In this document: piece by piece, positions 1 through 11,392 of the stretch
Position numbering within the stretch: position 1 is the first letter of the stretch
How the letters are laid out: each line of letters starts with the position of its first letter
Assembly: GCF_006345805.1 (NCBI RefSeq)
Contig: NC_043015.1
Coordinates: forward strand, 45,012,001-45,076,000
Direction: 5' to 3'
From: Octopus sinensis
Taxonomy: Eukaryota
Length of the DNA: 64,000 nt
Notes under the pieces: model-generated
The model's input: the letters and a program-made list of their open reading frames with translations, nothing else
Databases searched by the model: none
What the model was told of the DNA's origin: nothing
Made by a program: the position numbers and the translations under genes

Positions 1-369
1 AGTTGTAATAATACATATAAATAATTTAATATATGGTTTAACTTCAGTAAATAGCCTTTCTATCCACTACTACTATTACAATTGTAATAATATTCAGTAG
101 GCATTGATCAGGCCTTATGGTTTTTTTCACTCCTGCCTATCGGATCCGTGATCAGGTTTCAATTCCGGATGATAACCATCACGGCGCTGATATCCTTGAG
201 AAAAGCAAGAACAATAATTAATTATCATGGTGTTCTTTCGATTTGACTCGACAAAACAAAACATTGAAACCGGCTCCTTCCGTGAAAAGCACGTTGACTT
301 GTCAACTGTCAGTTGACGAAATGGGAGGAGGAGAAAGCTAATGGGTTATACGTGCGTGTGTTCTTGTTC

Positions 370-406
<37 letters not shown>

Positions 407-513
407 TGATCCTCTGTCTGTGTGTACGTGCTAATGTTGGTGTATACATATCAGCTTATCTAAATTCCTATAATAAAAATGGAAAAAGAGGAACAAGGTA
501 TAATTAGTTACGC

Positions 514-603
514 ACTGGGGTCGATGTAATCGACTTAATCCTTTTGTCTGTCCTTGTTTGTCCCTTCTGTGTTTAGCCCCTTGTGGGTAGTAAAGAAATA
601 GGT
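514..603 (+). mobile_element. SINE family C, 3' fragment
   Basis: GTTACGCACTGGGGTCGATGTAATCGACTTAATC...GTGGGTAGTAAAGAAATAGGTAT matches the 3' part of the copies at 52769, 57760 and 58783. Confidence 0.8.
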
Positions 604-850
604 ATAATGGAATGGAAGGTTTATGATACCTGTGGAGTATCTCCTTCTTCCATTATAATTGTCTTGTAGTTTCAAGGAGCTGGAACAGGTCACCAATTTG
701 TAACGTCCATGCGAAGCGAAGCGAGGTGACAAGAATGGCTCCCCAATACAATGAATATAAATAGAACAATGCATATATGTGCCAGAGGGAAATATGAGAC
801 ACAACCAGATAGAATGATTAAGAGAAGATTTATTGAGATGTTAACATGTC

Positions 851-1236
851 AAGAGTGGCTGTGTGGTAAGTAGCTTGCTAACCAACCACATGGTTCTGGC
901 TTCAGTCCCACTGCGTGATATCTTGAGCAAGTGTCTTCTGCTATAGCCCCAGGCTGACCAATGCCTTGTGAGTGGATTTGGCAGACGGAAACTGAAAGAA
1001 GCTTGTCGTATATATGTATATATATATATGTATGTGTGTGTGTCTGTGTTTGTCCCCCTAGCATTGCTTGACAACCGATGCTGGTGTGTTTACGTGCCCG
1101 TCACTTAGCGGTTCGGCAAAAGAGACCGATAGACTAAGTACTGGGCTTATAAAGAATAAGTCCCAGGGTCGATTTGCTCGACTAAAGGCAGTGCTCCAGC
1201 ATGGCCAAAGTCAAATGACTAAAACAAGTAAATGAG
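851..1236 (+). mobile_element. tRNA-headed SINE family A with internal (TA/TG)n tract
   Basis: GAGTGGCTGTGTGGTAAG...TTCAGTCCCACTGCG head (Pol III A/B-box-like), internal microsatellite and CAAATGACT.AAACAAGTAAA tail; many copies in the window. Confidence 0.85.
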
Positions 1237-1546
1237 TATGTGTGATTGTGTGTGCATCATATATATAGAATAATAAACAGACCGTCAAAAGAACCAGATG
1301 TATGCGTATGTGGGCATAGACATATGTGTGTTAAGAACATATAAGGATGGCAATGAAGAAGAGGAAGTGAAAGGATCTATAGCGATCAAAGTGAGGAGTA
1401 AATTCGTAGGTACAAGAAGGTTAAATACCAGTTCGTAGTCAATTGTACACGATAGTTGATATACTGCATCGAGAAGTTGCAGCGATGATGCAGAGCCAGT
1501 TGTGGTACATGCCATGTGTGAAGTTGTGGCTGTGATGCTGCTGCCG

Positions 1547-2811
1547 GGGCACTTGGTATAGTTTACTTATGAGTTCAATATTTTGCTTTAGCACCCACTA
1601 CACTCACGGAGTGGTTGGCGTTAGGAAGGGCATCCAGCCGTAGAAACACTGTCAGATCAGACTGGGCCTGGTGCAGCCTTCCGGCCTCACAGTCCCCAGT
1701 TGAACCGTCCAACCCATGCTAGCATGGAAAGCGGACGCTAAATGATGATGATGATGAGTTCAATAAAGGCAAGAATGCAGCGGAAAGTGTGGAGAATGTT
1801 AGTGCAGTATACGGGGATCAGACAATAAGTGTAAACCAGTGTCAACTGTGGTTCCAGAAATTCCAAGCTGGTAACTACAGTCTAGAAGAGAAACCTCGTC
1901 CTGCAAGATCTATAGAGCATGATGAGGATGACTTGCAAACCCTGGTGAAACAAAATCCCATTGTAACTGTTGAGGAACTATCAGAGAAGCTTGGATTGGG
2001 TCACTCAACCATTCATTGACATATATATGTCATTGGAAACTCAGAAAATTGGGTCAATGTGTTCCTCATGAACTTTCCAAGTCTAGTTGCATGCAGAGAG
2101 TGAATGTGTGCTCTTCTTTGCTGTCATGTCTCATGAATGAACCATTTTTGGACCAAATAGCAACTGGTGACAAGAAATGGGTTCTCTATAAAAATGTCAA
2201 GCACCAAAGACAGTGGGTAGGGAATGGAGAAACAACAGAACCCCAGGCTAAAGAAAGACTTCACCCACATAATGTGTTGTTATCTGTTTGGTGGGATATG
2301 AAAGGTTTTGGGCAACTTTGAACTTTTAGACCCAAATCAAACGATAACAAAGGAGATCTACTGCGAGCAGCTTGAGTGGCTTAAGTCAGCACTAGAAGAA
2401 AAACAACCATCTTTGGTTTCATGACGAAAGGTTTTCTTCCATCAGGATAATGCTCACAGTGAGGATGATATTCCAAAGGCTGGAGCAGTTTGAAAGGGAA
2501 ATGATGCCCCACCCACCATATTCACCGGACATTGCCCCATCTGATTATCATTTATTCCACAGTCTTCAAAATCATTTGGATGGAAAAGATATGAATTCTG
2601 TAGACAAGGTCAGAACAGTACTAGAGGAGTATTTTTCATCACAGACAAGTGAATTCTGGAAGAGGGATCTTGTAAGTCAACCAGTTAGATGGAAGAGCAT
2701 GGTAGAATTTTTTAGATTAAAAAAAAGTATATTTTAGATTAAAGAACTTTGTCTTAATTTTGTAAAATAAAAGAAGTATAAAAAACTCACATTATCTATG
2801 GTATGACCATA
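1547..2811 (+). mobile_element. Decayed mariner (Tc1/mariner) transposon
   Basis: Broken frames give YEFNKG/KNAAESVENVSAVYG (HTH), CVPHEL (WVPHEL motif), IATGDKKWVLY and YSPDIAPSDYHLF; 3' TIR near 2786-2811 resembles the one at 61185-61210. Confidence 0.9.
1581..1753 (+). mobile_element. RTE-LINE 3' end (family B) inserted in the mariner
   Basis: Ends GGAAAGCGGACGCTAAATGATGATG; flanked by a 12-bp direct repeat ATGAGTTCAATA (1569-1580 and 1754-1765). Confidence 0.85.
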
Positions 2812-2959
2812 TATATATATATATATATATTAGCATTAAAGACCCATCGTTGCCGGGTCATAGTGCTAGTGCATGTATATATGTGTATATATATGTGTAC
2901 ATATTACATGTACATCTATATATATACATCTACACATTAAATACAAAATACAAAGTTAT

Positions 2960-3320
2960 ATCTTGATATCGCTAGTGATAACAATACTCAAAATATATAA
3001 GAGACTGAAATTGTTAGCCCGTCTCCTGTAATTTCGATCAATTGTATCTTGTCCTCCCTCTTGTATAGAAGTGTGGCTACAATCCAGCCTACCTCTACTT
3101 CCGGTGGGGGGGGACATTTTAAATTTTTTTCCGGGAAGTCCTACGTCCCAGATATAAAGGTAAAAATAAAATATTTTCACTTTGCAAGTGCGAGTCGAGT
3201 ACTCCCTTGCACGCTCCATTGACTCGAACCTTGCTTCTATTGTGGCAAATTTACCGCCTCTGATTAGATATGTTTCATAGTCGCACCAAGACACTTTTCG
3301 AAAGTGCTTTCCTCCATGTG
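2960..3320 (-). mobile_element. Degraded ORF1/gag-like fragment of a non-LTR retrotransposon
   Basis: Frameshifted reading RGGKFATIEARFESMERAREYS...LPLYLGRRTSRKKI.NVPP.EVEVGWIVATLLY; family assignment is pattern recall only. Confidence 0.4.
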
Positions 3321-3509
3321 TTCAAATCTTCTTTTTTCTCTACATTGTATACTTTATAGACAATAGTCTTTTCAAGTCATTGATGCAATTTTATACCAAT
3401 TGCTATTTTTACTTTTTGATGTTACGATTATATTATACTTTAGTTTGATTTTAATTATTACTTACTACATATAATTCAATTGCTATTATTATTATTTTTA
3501 TTGTTAAAG

Positions 3510-3763
3510 TGAAAGTATCTGACATAAAATAGAGAATTGTTTTTGTTTCACTTTTAACACGTAATACTGAAATAGTGGAGAAAATATGATATTGCTATGG
3601 GCTCGCTCTAGGTAAGAAGTTGAACTTTTTTTTGCCCATGAAACTACATGGACCCTAAGTAAGGCATGTGTAAAATTTGAATGAAATTGGTTGTGTAGTT
3701 CTCAAGTTTTAGGGAAACACACAGACAGACAGACACACATTCTCAGTTTTATATATATAAAGA
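3510..3763 (-). mobile_element. Non-autonomous Helitron-like fragment (5' end)
   Basis: Minus strand starts A|TCTTTATATATATAAAACTGAGAATGTGTGTCTGTCTG, similar to the 5' ends at 6609, 10375 and 44350; 3' end not identified. Confidence 0.55.
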
Positions 3764-3861
3764 TATATATATATATAATAGTAGGGAATATAATTCCAAA
3801 CTTACAGGGAAATATTCAATTTAGCAACTCTAAATCAAATTTCACAATATATAATATATGT

Positions 3862-4071
3862 ATATAATCTAGAGAAAAACCTCTATTAAGTGAAAGACGT
3901 TATTCACACCATATAGAAAAAAATAAATATACTATAAAAACCTTATTCTGAAAATCAATAAAGTATTGTACTTTATTGATTTTCAGAAAGTTTTTATAGT
4001 ATATTCAATATTTTTCTATATGGTGTGAATAACATCTATCACTATTGAATTGCTTAATAGAGGTTTTTCTC

Positions 4072-4080
<9 letters not shown>
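3862..4080. repeat. Imperfect ~220-bp palindrome (fold-back)
   Basis: GAGAAAAACCTCTATTAAG...GAAAATCAATAAAGTA-ttg-TACTTTATTGATTTTC...CTTAATAGAGGTTTTTCTC; loop at 3966-3968. Confidence 0.85.
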
Positions 4081-4121
<41 letters not shown>

Positions 4122-4126
<5 letters not shown>

Positions 4127-4330
4127 ATTCAAACATGAAAACACAAAGAGAAAACACAACAACACGAGGACGTGGAACAAGTATAGTATTATTGGACGCT
4201 CAGGAAAGAAGGAGGGTTTAACGTTTCGAGCGGAGCTCTTCGTCAGAAACAAGGAAAAGGAAAGATCCAAAGAAGGGAAGACAGAGGAAAAAAATAAATC
4301 GCCAACGGTACACTCGCAGTCACATTTTGA
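4122..4330 (-). mobile_element. Penelope-like terminal repeat fragment
   Basis: Shares AAACATGAAAACACAAAGAGAAAACACAACAAC...TATTATTGGACGCT.AGGAA with 12141-12290 and carries a hammerhead core. Confidence 0.6.
4216..4250 (-). ncRNA. Minimal type-I hammerhead ribozyme
   Basis: Minus strand GUUU-CUGACGA-A-GAGC(UCC)GCUC-GAAACGUU-AAAC: 4-bp stem I, intact CUGANGA and GAAA core, 4-bp stem II, palindromic ACGU in place of stem III, GUU cleavage triplet. Confidence 0.7.
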
Positions 4331-4569
4331 ACATTCGTCAATACTGACATTTTTTCAGCTATCTTGGAAACGTCTGAATCATTTGTATATATATATATAT
4401 GTGTGTGTTTGTGTGTATATATATATATACAAAATGAGAAAATGGAGAAACATACCTAAATCAATTATCAACCATCAGATAATACCCAATCAATACTTTA
4501 TTAAACCATTACATAATAGCAATGACATTATACATAATATATTGCAAATATAACTAGACATGGAAATAT

Positions 4570-4626
<57 letters not shown>

Positions 4627-4696
4627 TATATATATATGTATGTATATATATATATATTATATATATATATATGAGTGTGTGTATATACATATATAC

Positions 4697-5577
4697 ATGG
4701 TCTGATCGATAAGTATATGGACTGTTGCTATAGTAACGAAGCTAAAGTATGCAGAGTGAAGTCACTTGGTACAGATTGACTTTGAACTCTGCTGTTTTAA
4801 TGATCTAGCACACTTCTACTGTTTACAGCAGGGCTTGGAAGGAAGGTGTGTAGCATGTGATCATCCCATTGACCATGACAGAGAAAGTTGAGCAGAGAAT
4901 CTGCATCAAATTTTGCCAAAAGCTTAGCAATACCTGCTCAGGGGCATCTGCAAGGTTTTCAAAAAGCTTTCATCGTTCTCAACACATTCAAGGAGAATTT
5001 GTGCAACTGAAACCCGAGTGTCTTTTTGGTCAGCTGAAAGCAGTTTTGGCACAAATCTTGCCAGACATGCATTTCGTACTGAAATCTTCAGTGATAAAGG
5101 ACTAAATTTAACTGCAAGTAATCTGCACATCCTCTGATAACTCACAGGTGGTGATGATTCAATGATTTCCTGTCACAGCTGCTTGCACATTTGTGATGTT
5201 TTTATCAGTTCTACTGATTGCAGGTCTCCCAGAACATTTGTCAATATTGACATTTTTTCAGCTATCTTGGAAATATCTGAATCACTTGTATACTTGTGTG
5301 TGACTCATACACTCCTCTCCATACACTTTCTGCAACTTTGTGTAAGCCTCTGAGCAGGTATCGCCATGACAGCTTCCTTTGTTGAGGTCAATGCAATGAT
5401 CACACGCTACACACCTTCCTTCCAAACACTGCTGTACACAGCAGAAGTGAGCTAGAATGTTAAAACTTAGTGTGCGTGCACAGCAGAGTTAAAGGTCAAA
5501 CAGTGCCAAGCAGCTTCACTCTACATGCTTTAGCTTCGTTACTATGGCAACAATCTGAATACTTATTGATCAGGCTT
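4697..5577. mobile_element. Mariner-derived non-autonomous element built from two inverted 5' ends
   Basis: Left arm (+) has a TIR and MTEKVEQRICIKFCQKL; right arm (-) has the same TIR plus N-terminal transposase remnants (ARFVPKLLSADQKDTRV). Confidence 0.75.
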
Positions 5578-5675
5578 TGAATGTGTGTTTGTGTATATAC
5601 AGATGTGTGAGCGTGTGTGTATATGCGTGTGTATGTGTGTGTCTGTTTATGTGTATGTTTGTATGTATGTATCTA

Positions 5676-5967
5676 TCATCATCATCATCATTTAGCGTCT
5701 GTTTTCCATGCTAGCATGGGTTGGACGGTTGAACCGGTGTCTGGGAAGCCAGGAGGCTGCACCAGGCTCCAGTCTGATCTGGCAGTGTTTCTACAGCCAG
5801 ATGCTCTTCCTAACGTCAACCACTTCGTGAGTGTAGTGGGTGCTTTTTACGTGCCACTGGTACAGGTATCACAACTACAATTTCCATTTGTGATTTTTGA
5901 TGTTGATGGTGATGTACTTGACTCAATAGGTCTCCTCAAGCACAGCAGGTCGCCCTACGATCCAAGG
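5676..5967 (-). mobile_element. RTE-LINE 3' end (family B)
   Basis: (CAT)n-TTTAGCGTCTGTTTTCCATGCTAGCATGGGTTGGACGG signature. Confidence 0.8.
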
Positions 5968-6095
5968 TAACCACGCATTTAGTATCCCTGCCAATTTTCA
6001 GCTCGATCCTAGCCTCAGTTTGGTCGCCATTAACCGTCAAAGCAAAATGTGCATACAACTCTGGAACAAGCTTTTAAATCAATGTAAGCATGCAT

Positions 6096-6504
6096 AGGCG
6101 CAGGAGTGGCTGTGTGGTAAGTAGCTTGCTAACCAACCACATGGTTCCGGGTTCAGTCCCACTGCGTGGCACTTTGGGCAAGTGTCTTCTGCTATAGCCC
6201 CGGGCCGACCAAAGCCTTGTGAGTGGATTTGGTAGACGGAAACTGAAAGAAGCCCGTCGTATATATGTATATATATGTATATATATGTATGTGTGTCTGT
6301 GTGTTTGTGTTTGTCCCCCTAGCATTGCTTGACAACCGATGCTGGTGTGTTTACGTCCCCGTCACTTAGCGGTTCGGCAAAAGAGACCGATAGAATAAGT
6401 ACTGGGCTTACAAAAGAATAAGTCCCGGGGTTGAGTTGCTCGATTAAAGGCGGTGCTCCAGCATGGCCGCAGTCAAATGACCGAAACAAGTAAAAGAGTA
6501 AAGA
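6096..6504 (+). mobile_element. SINE family A, full length
   Basis: Head GGCGCAGGAGTGGCTGTGTGG to tail GAAACAAGTAAAAGAGTAAAG. Confidence 0.85.
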
Positions 6505-6608
6505 ATAATATTGGAAATGCATTCAATGTGGCAACAGGGCCAACATTGGCCAAAATTGGTGAAGCAAAGAAAACTCAATCCTCCCTAGAAAATTCCTTAT
6601 TAAAGAAA

Positions 6609-7121
6609 TCTATATATATAAAACTGTAGTTGTGTGAGTGTCTGTCCCCTTCGATTTAGATTCCTAACTACTCCCACATTTTGCGGTGCAGTTTAACCAA
6701 ATTCGGGTATCTTATAGTCGTGATTCATATCGAGCCCGTCTGAGTATTAGCGCGCGTCTACGCTGAGTCTACGATTTTAAAAATAATTTAACATCATTTT
6801 TTATTCCATTTTAATGCATAATTATTCGTGTGTCGATGGCGGCGGAATTGGCGTCCATGGTCACACCTGCACCTGTTTGGTTCTTCCCCTTCTTCCCTCC
6901 CTCGTGAACCTGTGGGGAAGGGAGTGTAAGGAAATCAACGTCGTAAAGCGTTGTCAAGGAGACCAGCGCACTTTTAGAGCAACGACTTCATGGCTTGAAG
7001 ACACCAAAACAGAAATGGCTAAGAAAGCCCGAATTGTCATCTATAAGGGAAGTAACTCTCTAAAAATGCTTATATAGTTATTTCCCTTACAAACCCGAGC
7101 AACGCCGGGCAATACTGCTAG
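6609..7121 (+). mobile_element. Complete non-autonomous Helitron (513 bp)
   Basis: A|TCTATATATATAAAACTG ... subterminal hairpin CCCGAGCAACGCCGGG ... CTAG|T; inserted between A and T, no TSD. Confidence 0.8.
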
Positions 7122-7262
7122 TAATAGATAAGAAACTGGACAAAACAACAATACATGCAAAACTTGGTATTATGCTGTCTGGAAGCAAGAAATATTTCTT
7201 CTCCAATAATGAAAAGTACAGCATGAAGAAAAAGTCAAAACAATTGATGCAGTCAAGCTTAC

Positions 7263-7653
7263 TCTCTTTTTTCTTTTACTCTTTTACTTGTTTCAGTCAT
7301 TTGACTGCGGCCATGCTGGAGCACCGCCTTTAGTCGAGCAACTCGACCCCGGGACTTATTCTTTTTGTAAGCCCAGTACTTATTCTATCGGTCTCTTTTG
7401 CCGAACCGCTAAGTGACGGGGACGTAAACACACCAGCATCGGTTATCAAGCAATGCTAGGGGGACAAACACAGACACACACACATATATATATACGACAG
7501 GCTTCTTTCAGTTTCCGTCTACCAAATCCACTCACAAGGCATTGGTCGGCCCGGGGCTATAGCAGAAGACACTTGCCCAAGATGTCACGCAGTGGGACTG
7601 AACCCGGAACCATGTGGTTGGTTAGCAAGCTACTTACCACACAGCCACTCCTG
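7263..7653 (-). mobile_element. SINE family A
   Basis: Reverse complement of the 6096..6504 copy. Confidence 0.85.
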
Positions 7654-7871
7654 ACATCTCCAAACAAAGTGACAACAAGAGTCAAAAAAAACTATGACTA
7701 TAGAAAAGAATTTACCAAATGGGGAGAAGAAAAATTCATTCAGAGAAAACTATAAAGAAAAATCCATTATGAAAACAATACAACCAAAGAGATTAAAAAA
7801 ATCAAAAAACAAACATAGACACCAACCCCAGAGGAACCAGACAAAGGTATCGGACCTTTAGTTGTCCAGAA

Positions 7872-8464
7872 AGGATCTTTTTGATTTGACCGGCAGATTT
7901 TTTAAATAATTTCTTTGTAACTAAACACTTTTAAACTTCGTATACTGGTAGAATGTGTTACATAAAACATCTTTTTCTCTTGGCTTTCTTGAGAAAATTC
8001 TGTAGTTTGTAAGATATTTGGTCATTAATCTCTTGCATTTCGGCAATTTCAACCAATCAATGACCGTCTATTGAGGTGAAAACAATATCTGCCGAAGTCT
8101 GTCAACAGCAATTTTTTGCGGTGTCACATGAAAATATCCCTACTATTTCGAGGGGTCACTCGTAAACAATGCTGAATAACAAACCATTCCCTTTTTAGTG
8201 TCCACCCATAATTATGACCCTAGTATCGATCTATTGCATTTCAATCTGTTTTAGGGTTAGGGTTAGAGTTAGGGTTAGGGTTAAGGTTAGGGTTAGGGGT
8301 GGGGGAAGGGTACCTTTTTTCTTCAGAAATGTAAATAAATTTTCTCAAGAAAGCCAAGAGAAAAAGATGTGTTATAAACACATTCTACCAGTATACGAAG
8401 TTTAAAATTTTTTAGTTACATAGAAATTATTTTAAAAATTTGCCGGTCAAACCAAAAAGATCCT
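7872..8464. mobile_element. MITE with ~130-bp terminal inverted repeats and an internal (TTAGGG)n tract
   Basis: AGGATCTTTTTGATTTGACCGGCAG... pairs with ...TGCCGGTCAAACCAAAAAGATCCT; related ends occur at 33528 and 53436. Confidence 0.8.
8251..8298 (+). repeat. Interstitial telomeric repeat, 8 x TTAGGG (2 variant units)
   Basis: ttaggg ttaggg ttagag ttaggg ttaggg ttaagg ttaggg ttaggg. Confidence 0.9.
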
Positions 8465-9107
8465 CCAAGAATATATGTGGGGATGGCTGATCCCAAGTGT
8501 AGATTAGAAACCTGTATCCTACAATACCAAAATATAAAGCTCTGATAAACAAATGCACAGAACATAGAAGACAAGCATCATAAAGTGTATATTTAGAAAC
8601 ATGTTGATGTGTATATAATAAGAGGAGAAGAGGGAGAGAGAGAAAGAGATGTTTGCAAAAACAATGACTGAATCAAAAGTGACATCTTCAGTTGTAAATA
8701 AACTTCAACAAGTAGACCACATCAATACAATATAATTGAAAAGAAGCCTCTCTCTCTCTCTTTCCCTTTCCTTTTCCTTTTCTCTTTTCTTTCTTGTCCA
8801 TCTTCTTGTCTTTCTCTCTTTCTCCCTTTCTTCAAAAAACAAACTCCACATCTGTTAGTCAAAGACCATTCTTCTTTCTTCTGCATCCTTTCCTCTTTTC
8901 TGTCTCCTACTCTCCTTCTTTATTTCCTTCATTCCTTCCTTCCTTCCTCTTTTCTCTTTCTCCTTTACTAAACAAAGCAAAACAACCTTTTTTGATTTGT
9001 ATAAAAGATATAGAAATTTTCTGTAAAGCTTATCTGAAGAGACCCCATGTATGGATGAAAGCAATAATAAACAACTATCCAAAATTTTGACTGCCTTCTT
9101 TTTCTTC

Positions 9108-9625
9108 ATCATCATTTCATCATTGTTCGACCGGGATCAAGACAATGGAATTTACCATGCTACGCCAGACTTCATGGTCCATCATAGCATTACGGAGTTC
9201 CTGTTGCTGGATGCCTGTATCCCTGGAGATTACATCAGGGTAGGAGAGTGTGCACCCTCTGGTGTTGCGAGAAGATGGCTTCCAGAGGAGAAGAGTAGAA
9301 ATTGCCTCGTTTTCAGCTCTACAACAATGTCCAGCAAACTGGACTCTCCTACCTTTCACAATAGATGACACAAGTGGAGTTTCCCATATATTTGCATTTT
9401 GGTTGGATGACGCTTCCACGAGAGATTTTGAGCTCTCATAAGGAGGCGAGTGTAGGTTCCATCCAACCGCCTCTCAAGCTTCTTTGATAACGTCCAGGTT
9501 TCTGAGCCATATAGTAGAACTGGTTCAACTGTGGCTTTGAAGATTTCAAGTTTGAAGTCTCTACTTAGATTTGATGACCAGATCTTATGCATGTCATTAC
9601 AGGCTGACCAGGCCACCCTTTCTTT
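9108..9625 (-). mobile_element. RTE-clade LINE 3' fragment (RT C-terminus)
   Basis: AWSACNDMHKIWSSNLSRDFKLEIFKATVEPVLLYGSETW...RRVQFAGHC; same family as 16905..17425. Confidence 0.85.
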
Positions 9626-9917
9626 TTCTTAATATACTATGTCTGTACACTCCTTCAAACACTACACACACACATACACACAAAATCAAAGTTTGTTATC
9701 CTGTAGAAGTTCAAGTAATGGTACATGTCTATTAAGATTATAAAGATTACAAATAAAATAGTCATTTCCCCTTTAAGAAAAAATCCAAGTTGAAAATGTT
9801 GACACTTCAAAGAGTCATGACAACTATCATCCTTTTTTCTTCCCTTAATCATTTATATAACTTTCGGAGTGCTGTCGACTTGAAAGACAGAAATTCTCCC
9901 TTTATTTTTATGAGATA

Positions 9918-10375
9918 CTAGCAGCATAGCCCGACGTTGCCCAGGTATGTAAGAGCCCCTAGTAGGCAACGACTAATCCCAATCTAGTACTTTCCCTCTA
10001 GGGAATGAAGGCGCATATGTAGGTTGCAATGTCTTCTCTTCACTCGAATACTTCTGTGTATACGATGTTCCTAGCTGTCCCTTTGGGCGAAAACATGAAA
10101 ACATCATTGCGCCTCCCAACGCGTGAACAGCCCACATACAGCCCAGAAAATGTGTTGCATATAAAAAGCTTAGATTCTCGACCCCATGTCGAATTTATCG
10201 ATTTTTTCAGAACTGGGGGAACTTTTCAAAATTTTTGCTGCGTTAGTTTTGAATTATGACATTGGGCTATGTGTATGTCAAGTTTCATCAGAATCGGTTG
10301 AAAGCTGTGGTCAGGGTGACGGTACAACCTGACAGACACACAGACAGACAAACTGCCGTTTATATAAAGAAGAGA
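9918..10375 (-). mobile_element. Non-autonomous Helitron
   Basis: Minus strand A|TCTCTTCTTTATATAAAC...CCTGGGCAACGTCGGG...CTAG|T. Confidence 0.7.
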
Positions 10376-10899
10376 TATTTTGAATAACAGGTACTTGATT
10401 TTTTTTCTTCTTAAAGAGGGAAACTACTATTTTATTTAAAATAAAATATTAATCGTATATTTGCCATTTGGCTAACCCCTAAGGGTGGATGCTACTGTAG
10501 TTTGTAGCCCCAGGAGGACACCTCCTCCAGCTGGCTATAGACACAATTTCTGTGCCCTATCAGTATTTGCAAAGGGAAGCCATCCTTCCCGTCTTCAACT
10601 TATGATACACACGGACTCGAGTTTCTGGGTATTGACCTGTCATCAGCGTGTGACAATCACAGTTGTCAATGAAAAGTAGGTTCCCTTCACAAATACTTAT
10701 CCCTTTTCCAGTATCGTACAGACACTGATATCGAAAAAGTGTAAGGAAAAAAACAGACAGATTCTCATAAGAATGGAAAAACAAACAACTAGAAATGGGT
10801 TGTACCTTATAATGAAACTCTTTTAAGAGCATTCAAATGCCACTGCAACGTTGAAATTGTTGCCTCTGTCAGGTTACTTAAGTACATCATCAAGTACAT

Positions 10900-11222
10900 C
10901 ATCATCATCATCATCATCGTTTAACGTCCGTTCTCCATGCTAGCATGGGTTGGACGGTTCGACCGGGATCTGGGAAGCCAGAAGGCTGCACCAGGCTCCG
11001 GTCTTATCTGGCAATGATTCTACAGCTGGATGCCCTTCCTAATGCCAACCACTCCGTGAGTGTAGTAGGTGATTTTTACGTGTCACCTGCACTGGTGCCA
11101 GGCGAGGCTGGCATCGGCCACGGTCGGATTGGTGCATTTTACGTGCCACCTGCACGGAAGCCGGTCGAGGCGGCACTGGCTTCGGCCACGATTCGGATGG
11201 TGCTTTTTACGTGCCGCCGACA
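10900..11222 (-). mobile_element. RTE-LINE 3' end (family B)
   Basis: (CAT)n tail signature; very similar to the copy at 54769..55065. Confidence 0.8.
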
Positions 11223-11392
11223 TGCTTAAAGAAAATGACCAAGCTGCTATTCAAATAAACAATGATAACAAAATTACCGTATTTTAACGTATATAAGGAA
11301 CCCTTTTTTGTCAAAAATTAGATTTTAAAAATATGGGAGTTTCTTATACATGGATAGTGAGGATATATATCTGTCAATGAACAACATATCTC

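Noticed and set aside
841-1074. Recurrent ORFs such as MLGGQTQT..RQASFSFRLPNPLTR and MAAPGSNLDLAEF..DALPNANH
   Set aside because: They are chance frames within SINE A and the RTE 3' UTR, with variable stops and frameshifts between copies.
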